From contig JBJCIZ010000040.1 in assembly GCA_051294375.1 (NCBI GenBank), forward strand, positions 166,330-230,329: a stretch of 64,000 bases of DNA, written 5' to 3'. Position numbers and translations under genes: made by a program. Of this stretch, positions 40,099 to 51,780 are shown piece by piece. The first letter of the stretch is position 1, and each line of letters starts with the position of its first letter. The DNA is from Paraspadella gotoi (lineage: Eukaryota; Animalia; Chaetognatha). A model generated the notes under the pieces. The model was not told where the DNA came from. It searched no databases and was given only the letters and a program-made list of their open reading frames with translations.

Positions 40099-42776
40099 TG
40101 TAAGATATTTTGTTACCTCGCGTCGGGTCATTCTTTTAGTCATTTAAGTTGACCTTAGCTGACCTTATCTTTTCACCGTTCTAGTTGCTTTCTTGTGGCT
40201 TTCTTTCGGCCGAAAACCTCGTCACTTGTTATTCGATCAGAATCATTTTTAAAGAAAAGATCGGCCGTCTGGAACCGTAGTTTTTACGGATCCAAGGATT
40301 TATTACAAACATTTTTTCGACTTTTCATTGATTTGCCATGGATTTATCTCTACAAAAATACAAATAATTTACAATTTATTCTACATTTTTCGACGTTTTC
40401 TTTACGCTTCGAGATTTAGTAAGATACTACGAAATCCTTGCTCCTTGTCAAAATCTGTTCATCCGACGGCCGACGCCTCGAACGCGCGACCCCGCAGGCA
40501 TAGAAAATACAAAAGATTTTCTACAGTAAAAACTACGAAACCGCCTCCTGGAATCGGCGTTCAAATCGAATCAACCAAGCAAAAACATCAACAATGGACT
40601 CATCTACGATGTCCCAGGAAAATCAGCAATTGGCCAACACGATTAATCTCTCATTTAACCAAAATTTTGAAATTTTTAGCAAATTTATGGTGGAAAGTCT
40701 ACTCCGCATGGAGCAGAAATTCCAACAGCCATTAAATGATTTGAAAGTGTCTTTTTCTCAGGCCAACGATCGGATCCAAAGGACGGAGGAGAGTCTTCAA
40801 GATGATCTTCACACATTGAAAGTTGAGATCATTACAATAAAAGAGCAGCAGGAGAAAGAACGAACTTGCCAGAAGACGCCTTCATCTTCACCCCTTTTTT
40901 CAACACTTGAAAACGACGGGGAGTCGTTTCGCTCAGGCAAATGGCGCCGCTCATTGATGCTGCCGTGGCTCTTGCTGTCTCTCCACTTCATGATCGAATT
41001 CTAAAATTGGAGGAAAATCTCCATCAATTAGGAAGCCTCCAATCCTTGCCTCTTTATTCTCCGTATCGTAATGACGAAGTTTTACCTCCTTTCACGTCTT
41101 CTCTAACAAAGAATAGAAAATCTCCGAGAAGAAGAAAGGTTGTCTTCGCGACGCCGCTGGTTACGTCAATGTCTCCGTCCCCATCACCGATTTCAACGTC
41201 GACTCCTAGGCCATTTCCTTTGCCGCAACCTTCATCTTTAGCTCCACGACCAATTCCGTTGACAAAGCCAATGCTATTTCAAAATGAAAACTTAAATCGA
41301 CCATCAAAGAACGTCGTATGCATTATCTGTGAAGAAAACCACCCGACACCTTCCTGCGCCCACTATCGTAAATTAAGTAGTGAAGAAAGAAAATGGGCCG
41401 CCGATCAAAAAAATCTTTGCTTACGATGCCTTCGTCCAGGACACGAATCAAAGGACTGCCGCTCTGAGCGCAGTTGTAGCGCTTGCGACGGTCTCCACCA
41501 CTCATCTCTTCATGATGTCTTCATGGACGAACAACGCTTTTGGGATAGCCCAGAATATGCAAAGTGGATGACGACAACAATGTTGCTCGAATCAAACAGT
41601 TCGTCCATAGATGCAACGCCGTCATTGATACCATCAAATCAAAACAATTAACAGGTGCAAGACATATTACTTTTTTTTACCTTGATTTTTGAAACGGTTC
41701 AATTAAATAAAAAAAAAAAAATCATCATTTTATGAATTGAAGAGTTTCCGAAGTAAACATTTAAATAAATAAAACGGGAGGTTGTTTGAAATCCCATCTT
41801 ACAAAATTATCTTAGATCTTGGGCCTTGATTCATCTCTGGAGCTGGACTTCCCAGTGACTCAGTCCTGAGCCGAAGTCCTTGCCCAGGCGATCAAGTCAG
41901 CCCTTACGGGCGACGATCATAATACGTATGCTCTCCTCATGATGGTCAGGGGACGATCCCAATACGTCCGCCTTCCCTCAAGGCAGTGACCACCATGCAC
42001 AAGCCTCTAATTATTAGTAGCAGGGAGCTTATGCCCCATCGCTACTCAAGGCAGTGACCACCATGCACAAGCCTTTAATTTTTAATAGCAGTGTGGTCTA
42101 GTGCCATTGCTACTTAAGGCAGTGACCCCTATGCACATGCCTTTATGGCATATCTTAATTATTCTACAGCTTTGTTTAATTTTTCTTTCCATGTGCCTTT
42201 TCTCTAACTTCACGTCGTCTTTCAATGACGGGGGCGACGACGGTTCCAACGGCAACAATTCTCTACCATTTTCAATGACGGGGGCCAAGTTTCTCAAACA
42301 TCACACGACTTTTACTTTGAAGCAAAATTCTAATCAATTTTGGACGGGGGTGTAAGATATTTTGTTACCTCGCGTCGGGTCATTCTTTTAGTCATTTAAG
42401 TTGACCTTAGCTGACCTTATCTTTTCACCGTTCTAGTTGCTTTCTTGTGGCTTTCTTTCGGCCGAAAACCTCGTCACTTGTTATTCGATCAGAATCATTT
42501 TTAAGAAAAGATCGGCCGTCTGGAACCGTAGTTTTTACGGATCCAAGGATTTATTACAAACATTTTTTCGACTTTTCATTGATTTGCCATGGATTTATCT
42601 CTACAAAAATACAAATAATTTACAATTTATTCTACATTTTTCGACGTTTTTCTTTACGCTTCGAGATTTAGTAAGATACTACGAAATCCTTGCTCCTTGT
42701 CAAAATCTGTTCATCCGACGGCCGACGCCTCGAACGCGCGACCCGCAGGCATAGAAAATACAAAAGATTTTCTACA
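40099..42776 (+). mobile_element. Complete non-autonomous gag-only Bel/Pao-type LTR element
   Basis: LTRs 40099-40525 and 42351-42776 (TG...CA, near identical). TSD ATGCC at 40094-98 and 42777-81. PPT GGACGGGGG. No pol. Confidence 0.93.
40594..41651 (+). CDS. gag: Short Gag-like protein: coiled coil, Pro/Ser linker, three Bel/Pao zinc knuckles (frameshift near 40935, likely a sequence error)
   Basis: CIICEENHPTPSC, CLRCLRPGHESKDC, CSACDGLHHSSLH. The two copies differ by indels exactly at the shift. Confidence 0.8.
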
Positions 42777-43376
42777 ATGCCAGTTGACCAAATTATGCCA
42801 GTTGATCAAATTCTGCAAGTTGATCAAGTTCTGCAAGTTGACCAAATTATGCCTGTTGACCAAATTATGCCAGTTGACCAAATTAGGCCAGTTGATAAAA
42901 TTATGCCAATTGACCAAATTATGCCGGTTGACCAAATTATCTTAATTGATCAAATTATGTCAGTTGACCAAATTATGTCAGTTGACCAAATTATGTCAGT
43001 TGACCAAATTATGCAATTGATTAAATTATGCAAGTTGACATTATCGTAGGCAGATTCGACATTGTTTGCTCAAACTTGTTGTTAAATTAAAACCTTTTTA
43101 TTGTTCCAAAAATTGTTCTTTTTTTTCAAATTTAGGTATTGCTAAATTCTGAAGCGTTTATCAGCTGACATTAGTTTTTTATTAACATATTTTTTATTCA
43201 AAAGGAAAATATTTCTAGTTCTGTTTATATTTATTTTATCTAATAAGTTGTACATAAGCATATATTTTTATATCTTTTTCTTTATTGTGGTATTCCTTTC
43301 GTTTTGTTGTTTTGGTGTTTTTAGCGAAAACAAAGTTTAGAATTTGTATTACAACGATTTTTATTTAAAATAATCA

Positions 43377-43410
43377 GACATGTTTCGACTCTTGTTCGAG
43401 CCTTCATCAG
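43377..43410 (-). ncRNA. Minimal hammerhead ribozyme
   Basis: Minus strand reads CTGATGA-AGGCTC..GAGTC-GAAAC-AT-GTC. Confidence 0.75.
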
Positions 43411-45350
43411 TGTTTGACAGACTATCAAAAACTTTTGCAGAAGTAAATGTGTGTGAGAGAGAGAGAGAGAGACAGAGTTAAAGTTTCCAACCAAGTGGTG
43501 AGACAGAATAGTGGTCAGAGGTGAGGACAGGTGAAGGCAAGGACAGATTGAGTGAGTTTTTGAAAAAGAAAGTGAAATGGTCAAACAGAGAGAGAGTGAG
43601 AGAGAGAGAGGTAATATGTTACATTTGTGTAATGTACAACAAAGATATAAGTTTTTAAAAATGGAAATAACAATTAGCTAAATAATAAATATAGAATTTA
43701 AAATGCCTTGGCGCTCAATGGTTACCCTCTGTGGGTTTACGAAAAGGCAAGGTTCCGGCTGAACCAGGCTGAGGGCAGTGGCCACCCTGGGGCTGCCCAA
43801 GTAACCGCTGACGGAAGTTCAACCTCTGCCCCCCAGGAGGAAGAGCGAGGCCTTGCTGCTGAAGGACCGACCGCACCCACCACAGCGCAAGTGGGAGATA
43901 AGCAGAAGCGCCTCAAGAACGTGGGCCATGTCTCCCTCCCCTACCACCAGGGGATCACTGAGCCATTGGTGCGGGTGCTAGCAAAGCAGGGAATCTCCAC
44001 CTCAGTGACAGCCCGCGGCTCTTTACGTGAGCAATTGGTGAAACTGAAAGATAAAATTCCCAGACCGAACACTCTCAGCGGAAGCCGTTCTATTGGGCGG
44101 CCTGTGCAGGCGAAGGGTAACCAACCCTGCACAGCCAGCATACGTGGCGAGACAGGAAAGTCTCGTGTCAGATCGCGTTCAAACAGCACACAAAGCCATA
44201 TCGGGACACCACGTCGGTTCATTTCTTATCGGCCTATTGCTGAGCACACAGCACCACTCCGCGCCATCTGTTTCAGAGAAACTCGTGCTTGTCCATGACC
44301 AAAACTGGTTCAACTGAGGTATTAGAGAGGCGATTTACATCAAAGCCCTCGAGGCCCTCTCCTGAATCGTGGATGGAGGACGATTCGACCTCCCTCAAGC
44401 TATGATTCGCCTAATTAAAATGGAGTGTGGAACGCCCAGCACCACCGCCAACCGCCACGCGTGACTTTCCCTGTCCCCACTCAAACGGCCGTCAGAACGG
44501 AGGCCTCCCACAGGCATGGACGCACGATAGCCTCTCCCAAACTGCTGCTAGCACTTGGTGTGACTCCTCTCTCACACTGAGCGTCGCCCAAAACGACGGC
44601 TGCAGGAGGAGGGAGAGAGTCTGTATCACCTGCAGCAAAGCAGGCCAGAACAGGCATTTGCCCGCCTTGCCGTCAGCGAGAGGAGGGACTATCGGCAGGC
44701 TTATGCAGGCCGAGAGATATCAGAGTGGCATTGGGCATTTCTTCAGGCGGCTGTGTTACCAGATCCTGGTCAATCTCGATCACATGACGATACCCTCTCA
44801 CGCCATCAAAGTCAATGACCCGATCATATCATCAACGTCCTGCTTTTGCCAGGGCGGGGGGCCAGCTCATTTTTGAGCTCTTTTCTTTATCTTATTTTCT
44901 CTAATTCCTACAACTTAGCTATCCCTAACTACACATTCTTCTTTTCTCTTTCTACTTTATTTCCAATCTTAATTAACAAACTAGTTAAATATTCCTCAGT
45001 TAAATCTATTAGTTTAAGCATTAAGTATATTTTATTTATTGTATTGAATTATTTATTCCCTTTATCTTTGGTACATTACAAAAATGTAAATATTTTCTCT
45101 CTCTCTGTCTCTTCAAATTTTCACTATTCCACATTTCAACCACTTTCCTCTTCTTCTCTCTCCCTTGACCTTCACCCTCAGTCCTCAATCTGACCACTGT
45201 CCTTATCTCAACCTTTGTTAAAAGCTTTATCTCTCTCTCTCTTTTCTCTCTCTCTCTGTCTCTCTCTCTCTCTCTCAATCTCTCTCTCTCTCAATCTCTC
45301 TCTCTCTCTGACTCAATGTTAAGAGAAAAATTTGTCTGATTAATCAAACG

Positions 45351-45385
45351 CTGATGAAGGCTTATACTTAAAGCCGAAACATGTC
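45351..45385 (+). ncRNA. Minimal hammerhead ribozyme
   Basis: CTGATGA-AGGCTT..AAGCC-GAAAC-AT-GTC. Confidence 0.8.
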
Positions 45386-45479
45386 CTATGTAAAAATAAA
45401 TCGTTGTACATAAACAAATAAACTTTGTCTTTCTCTAATTTGCAAAAACAATGAAAAGAAAGGAAATTAACATAACAAC

Positions 45480-45950
45480 TTGAATCATATTTTTAATTAG
45501 CATTATTTTTTTCACCTATATCATTTTTTGAATTGCATTATTTTTTTTAATTTGTATTATTTTTTCAACTTGCATCATTTTTTCACTTCGAATCATGTTT
45601 TTATCATGGATCATTTTTTTAACTTGCATCATTTTTTAAACTAGCTTCATTTTTAAACTTGTATATTTTTTTTGATTTGCATTATTTTTTTAACTGGCAT
45701 TATTTTTAAATTCATTTCATTTTTTTTAATTTGCATTATTTTTGAAACTTGCATCATTTTTTAACTTCTATTATTTTTTTGATTTATAATATTTTTTTGA
45801 TTTGCATTATTTTTTAACCTACATCATTTTTGAATCTTATATCATTTTTTATCTTAAATCATTTTTTATCTCGCATCATTTTTTGAATGCATAATTTTTT
45901 TAACATATATCATTTTTCAACTTGCATCATTTTTTCAAATTGCATCATAA
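45480..45950 (-). repeat. Degenerate 18-19-bp minisatellite (TTTTTTAACTTGCATCA)n
   Basis: Reverse complement of the array at 61745-61920. Confidence 0.8.
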
Positions 45951-46879
45951 AATTGGGACAAACAATATAACAATTATCCAATTGTTGTTAGTTTGTGAAA
46001 ATAATTAATTTATTATTTAATTAATACATAAGAAACTAATTAATTATTGTTTTAACTAATTAATTAATTAATTATCGCTAATGATCGTCATCAGATCTGG
46101 CATTGTTTGCTTTTTTTATTCTAAGTAAAACTAAAAACTTTTAGCTTGAATTGAGAAACATGAAAATTTTTTTTTCTAATGCCAAATAGTAAAAATATAT
46201 AAAATTATGGTAATATTATAATTTTTTTAATAAATTACACAATTCGATTTTTACTGATTTGGAATACTACTAACTTTTTTGGATTTTTAATTAATATTTT
46301 TAATATTTTTAAACAATTAGTAAAATAATATCTTTCCTTTTTTTAGTTTAATTAATCATATTAAATTAACAAAATGTTTGATTGGAAAGTAAAAAAATGA
46401 AATAGAAAAAAATAAAGTGAAATAAAAAAAATAAAGGAATACAGAGAGAGTAAGAGAGAGAGAAAAAGGAAAATGAGTGAGTGAAAAAGAGAAAGAGAGA
46501 GAGAGGGCTTCCCGACTGGGATTTATTCTAGGAATTCGCAGCGGGATCGGGCTTCAATCTGCGATCCCCTTCAAAAATCGAGGCGGGGATTCCCCGCAGT
46601 TGTTTAAATATGAACAGTTGTAGGGAACAGTGGCAGAGTGCTGTGAAAACTGTCCCCTTATTGCCAGTTTGAACTGAGCGTTTATGAGCCGCGTCATACT
46701 TGAATAAGTCTTTCATATACTAATTACCAAATTGTTACTATTTTTACAATAAATTGAGTTATTTTTATTAATAACTTGAGAACAAATAATCGTAGGCTTA
46801 TGAGAATGAGTTCAAATTAAAGCTTTCTTTTAGTAAATAATGATTGATATAGAGAAAGTTAAAGTTGACAAAGAATGAC

Positions 46880-47190
46880 AAAGTCGTTAATTAATTTCTC
46901 ATTATTTTGTATCAAAAAATTAGAGAGAGCAAAGAATTTTTTTTTTGAATTTCAACAAGATTTTTTATTAGTAGTTGGACATGTTTGCTTGCTTATTTCA
47001 CACAGCCTTCATCAGCATATGACAATTCAATTAATTTTTGTGCAAAAGAAGAGTGTGAGAGAAGAGAGAGAGAGAGAGGGGTAAAAGTTTTTCCAAGAAA
47101 GTGGTGAGACAGATAGTGGTCAGATGTGAGGACAGGTGAAAGGTGAGGACAGATTGAGTGAGTTTGTGAAAAGAAAGTGAAACTTGTTAA

Positions 47191-47221
<31 letters not shown>

Positions 47222-49120
47222 GAGAGAGAGAAACAAAAAGCAAGATAAATACAAGAATAAGATACATTTTTGCAATGTAACAAAAGATAAAGGAGTTTGA
47301 AAAAACTAACATTGGAGAAATTTTAACATTTAACTAGTGAATAAATAAGTAATTAGCTAAGGGATAGTTAGTGAAAATGAATTATGAAAGAAAGTAGTTT
47401 TAGTTTTAGTTGATAATTATAGGAGATTAAGAAAGTGAAATCAAGGAAGAAAGAGGCTCAAAGTGAGCTGGCCCCTCTGTTTTTGCAAATGAAGGACAAG
47501 GACGATGATGACGGGTCATTGGTGGTGTCTGGCTGAGAGGAAGAGTATGAAAACTGATAATCCGGATTGGGAAGCGATCCTTGCGGAAAGATCCCAGGGC
47601 TACTCTTATGTCTCTTTGGCCTGATCGCCTGCCGGGCTGCCCTCTCTCGCCTGCTGACGAGGGGGCGTTGTCCGTTCTTGCACTTTTGTGACAGGAGTGA
47701 CGGATCCTCGCTCTCTCCTCTGAAGCCGTCGCTTTGGGCGACGCTTCAGGTCCGCAGAGGAGGGGCTGAGTTGCTGCATTAGAGGGAGAGGGCATCGTTT
47801 GCCCATTGCCTGCGCAGGGTCTCCGCCTGTCTCGTTGAGTGGAGATAGGGGAGTCATTGTGCGGGCGTGGTGGCGGCGGGGCTCCACCACCTTTTTGAAA
47901 AGCGATCATAGCTTGGAGGGAGATCGAATCGTCCTCCATCACGGTTCAAGAGAGGCTCGAGGGCTTTGATGTAAATTGCCTCTCTAATACCTCTTGAGAA
48001 CCAGTTCGGGGTCATGGGACAGCACGAGACGTCTGATTCCCTGAAAGATGGCTGTGTCTTGCCGAATGTTCAGCAATTGCGGACAAATAGTGACTCGGGG
48101 CGTCACGGTAAGGTTTTTTGTGTTGTTGGAATCGATCTGTTAGAGACTTTCCTGTCTCTCCCACGTATGCTGCTGCACAGGATTGGTTGCCCACCCTGCA
48201 CAGGCCGCCCGTAGACGGCTCCTGATGTTTTCGGTCTGGGGATTTTATCTTTCGGTTTCACAATTGCTCACGTAGGAGAGCCGCGGGCGTCACTGAAGTG
48301 GAGATCCCCTGCTTTGCCAGCACCCGCACCAAAGCTTCAGTGATCCCTGGTGGTAGGGGAGGGAAGTGACCACGTTCTTGGGCGCTTCTGCTTATCTTCC
48401 ACTTGCGCTGTGGTGGGCGCGGTCGGCTCTTCAGAGCAGCTCCCGTTCTGCCTCCTGGGGGGGTGGATAGTGCGTCAGCGGTTACTTGGCACAGCCCTGG
48501 TTGGCCACTGTCCTCAGCCAGGCGCGGGCCGATACCTAGCCTTCTCGAAGGCCCACAATGGTAGCTCACTTTGAGCTCTTTCTTTCCTTGAATTTCACTT
48601 TCTTAATCTCCTAATTTATACTAAAACTAAAAACTACTTTCTTTCATATTTCATTTTCACTTAACTATCCCTTAGCTAATTACTTATTTATTCACTAGTT
48701 AAATGTTAAATTTATCCAATGTTAGTTTTCAAACTCCTTTATCTTTGGTTGTACATTGCAAAAATGTATCTTATTCTTTATTTATCTCTGTTGTTTTTGT
48801 TTCTCTCTCTCTCTCTCTCTCTCTAACAAGTTTTCACTTTTTTCACAACTCACTCAATCTGTCCTCACCTTCAACCTGTCCTCACATCTGACCACTATTC
48901 GTCTCACCACTTTGTTGGAAAAACTTTTACCTCTCTCTCTCTCTCCTCTCTCACACTCTTCATTTGCACAAAATTTATTATTGAATGTCATATGCTGATG
49001 AAGGCTTGAAATAAGCAAGCCGAACATGTCCAACTAATAATAAAAAATCGTTGTTAAATTCAAATTTTTGCTCTCTCTAATACCTATGAACAAGAAAAAG
49101 AAAGGATTAACGCATCATAT
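46880..49120 (-). mobile_element. Penelope-like element (-) with a ~550-bp inverted pLTR copy
   Basis: Minus strand encodes AAYVGETGKSLTDRFQQH and GITEALVRVLAKQGI. 46880-47470 is the reverse complement of 48562-49115. Hammerhead cores at 46978-47015 (-) and 48995-49030 (+), both with single-base defects. Confidence 0.88.
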
Positions 49121-49289
49121 CAAAAATTATTAAAATATTTAAAATTCAATAAAAAAAAACTTGCGAACTTGCGAACCAAAAACCGGAGGCAAGGGGGGTC
49201 TGGGGAGGCGGGGAGTGGAAGCGGGCGAAATTCCCCGCCTCCAGAATCCCTGGTTTCAACATTGGAAAATGGGTATCTAATGATCCTAG

Positions 49290-51780
49290 TGAGACAGCAG
49301 CTTACCGGAGCACCTGTGAGTACCGAGCCATCTGAGTTTAAAGAAGTCACTATGGACATGGAAACAGCTTTGGGCTTGGGCTATGACCCAAATACCTATG
49401 AGTATTTCTTCAAGGTGAGTGACCGAAAGGCGGGGGAGATGGACTTCTCTCGAAGGAAATTGTTGTCAGTCACAGCTTCAGTCTATTCACCTTTGGGCGT
49501 AGCATCTTCATGTATACTTCAGGCAAGGTTATTACTCCAAAAGCTTGTAAAGCCGATTTTGGTTGGGATGATCCTCTCCCTGAGGAGATAAACCAAGCTT
49601 TTAAGGAATGTCTAGGACTTCTGCCTAGTTTGTCTCTGGTCCGAGTCCCATGGTGGAAAAAGACCTCGCCCTACACAAAAAATTCAACACTTTATATTTT
49701 TGTTGATGCTTTTAGCGTGGCTTATGGTGCTGCAGCTTATCAACAAATTGTTGATGAATATGATGTTGTGCATGTGAATATTTTGGTTGCAAAGGCACGT
49801 ATTACTCCTTTGAATCGGTCTGCCACAAAAAGTCGCGAAACAATTCCCTGTTCTGAGATGCAAGGAGCTATCTCTGGAATTGATTTGTACAAGTTTCTCA
49901 AACATGAAGCAGATGAAGACCTGGGTGATGTGTTCTTCTGGATAGATGCTACCTGCATCCTGAAGATGATCAGAAATAGGACTACACAGTACAAGGCATA
50001 TTTTTTCAATCGTTTGAATACCATTCATGAGGTGACAGATGTTGGCCAGTGGCGTTATGTTCCCACCAATAAGAATCCATCGGATCTGTGTTCCCGTGGT
50101 ATTGATGCAGATGATTCTGTATCCTGGAAGTTTTTGCATTGTGGTCACGAGTTTCTACTCGATTCACCTTCCCTGTGGCCTACTGAAGAAGAAAAGGGTT
50201 GTTTTCATGCAACTAGTGATTTTCAAGTGCATACTATTGAGGCAGCTGCTTCGTCAGCTGCCTCAGATGTCTTTGAGGAATTGGCTTCAAATGTCTCCAC
50301 ATGGAGAAGGTTGATCAGGCGTTTTGCTATCTGCTCTTTTTTTTGCAGAACGCTTCAGAGGAAGCGCAAGCCTGGCCCTTTGACACTTGAAGATGAGATG
50401 GACAGTGAGAAGCTTGTGCTTCAACTGCTCTAAGAGCAACATTTTGGTAAAGAGATTGCTATCCTTCAGCCAGCATCCCCTTCAGTTTCTCAGCGCTCTG
50501 AAGTCAAAAGTCTTTTCCTTCACCGCCTAAACCCATTCATTGGAAGTGATGGTCTCCTGAGAGTTGGTGAACATCTTCAGCGCCTTGTTGGAGAAGAGTA
50601 TGATTCAAAGCATCCAATCATTTTGCCTGCCTCTTCTTGTATCACCAAGATGATCATCAATTGGCGCCACTGCAGAGATGCACATACCGGGCCTGACCAG
50701 ATTCTGGCAAAGTTGTGGTGCAAGTTTTGGATCATCAGAGGTCGTGCTACTGTTCAGCAATGTATTCGACGCTGCACCGCTTGTAAGTGGGGTCATAGGA
50801 AAACTTTGCAGCAAAAGATGGCTCCATTACCTAGTCTGCGTGTTGGCATTGGTTATCCTTTTGAGATGACTGGAGTGGATTTGTTTGGTCCTTTCTATGT
50901 GAAGTCAGGATGTCATACTCCAAAGCATTGGGGGCCCTTTTTACTTGTCTCAAGATGCGCGCTATCCATTTAGAACCTCTGAGGGATATATCAACTCCTG
51001 AGTTTTTGAGTGCTTTTTAACGTTTTCGTGCGCGATGCCCCGGTGTCAAGGTTCTTTGAAGCGACAATGGCACCAACTTCCATGGTGCAACCAAGGAGTT
51101 GGATGATGCTCTACACAAGTGGAACCAAGAGGCCGAAGAACAGTTCAAACATCATCATATCAAGTGGCTCTTCAATCCTGCTGAGGCGCCCCATTGGGGA
51201 GGCGCCTGGGAATCTCTCGTCAAGATTACGAAGAAAGCGTTATTATCCCTTATTCAGAAAAAAGACATCTCTGACGTCGTGTTTGGTACCTTACTTTGCT
51301 CAGTGGAGAACATTGTGAATGATTGTCCTATCATGAGGAATCCTGAGAGCGCAAAGGATCCGCCTGCGTTGTTGTATCCCGGTCTTCCTGGCCTTGGTGC
51401 GCACCTGACTGGTCCTCCACTGTCTGATGGACAGTGCGCCCCCACTGCATGGCAGCAGCTACGTGCCCTTGCTGATGAGTTTTGGAAGCGGTGGCGTTAT
51501 GAGTATATTGCCGAGCTGCAACAGCGCCAAAAGTGGACAAAGCCACACCACAATCTCAAGAAGGGCAACATCGTCATCATCGCGAATGACAAGCTACTTC
51601 GGTCCCATTGAAGTTGCTATTATAGAGGAGCCGCTCGGGGATGGCACTCATGTGCGCCGTGTCCGAGTCCGTATGGCAAAAGGAACTGTCCTTGACCAAG
51701 ATTGCTCCAAGCTTGTCCTCCTCAAATGCCATGAAGAAGACGGAAAAGAACTTGATATTTCTGATTTTATAAACGTTTAG
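49290..51780 (+). pseudogene. pol: Bel/Pao pol 3' half (RT end, RNase H, integrase)
   Basis: SRRKLLSVTASVYSPLG, FVDAFSVAYGAAAY, VAKARITP, WRYVPTNKNPSDLCSRG, KMAPLP..GVDLFGP, APHWGGAWESLV, FWKRWRYEYIAELQQRQKW. PPT-like GCGGGGG at ~51988. Confidence 0.95.

Larger units (their letters stand above)
39286..43080 (+). mobile_element. DINE-1-like Helentron-associated element interrupted by the LTR mini-element
   Basis: 5' palindrome GTCGGATCTGC..GCAGATCCCGAC, a (CCGT)n microsatellite, ~155-bp internal repeats, and the 3' end GCAGATTCGACATTGTTTGCTCAAACTTGTT. Confidence 0.7.
43290..45480 (+). mobile_element. Penelope-like element, 5'-truncated, with inverted pLTR at the 5' end
   Basis: LNGYP..VSLPYHQGITEPLVRVL..GETGK..GIREAIYIK. 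Hammerheads at 43377-43410 (-) and 45351-45385 (+). Confidence 0.88.

Noticed and set aside
42690-43049. MPVDQI repeat protein (also 36994-37200)
   Set aside because: Translation of an 18-bp minisatellite inside a non-autonomous repeat.
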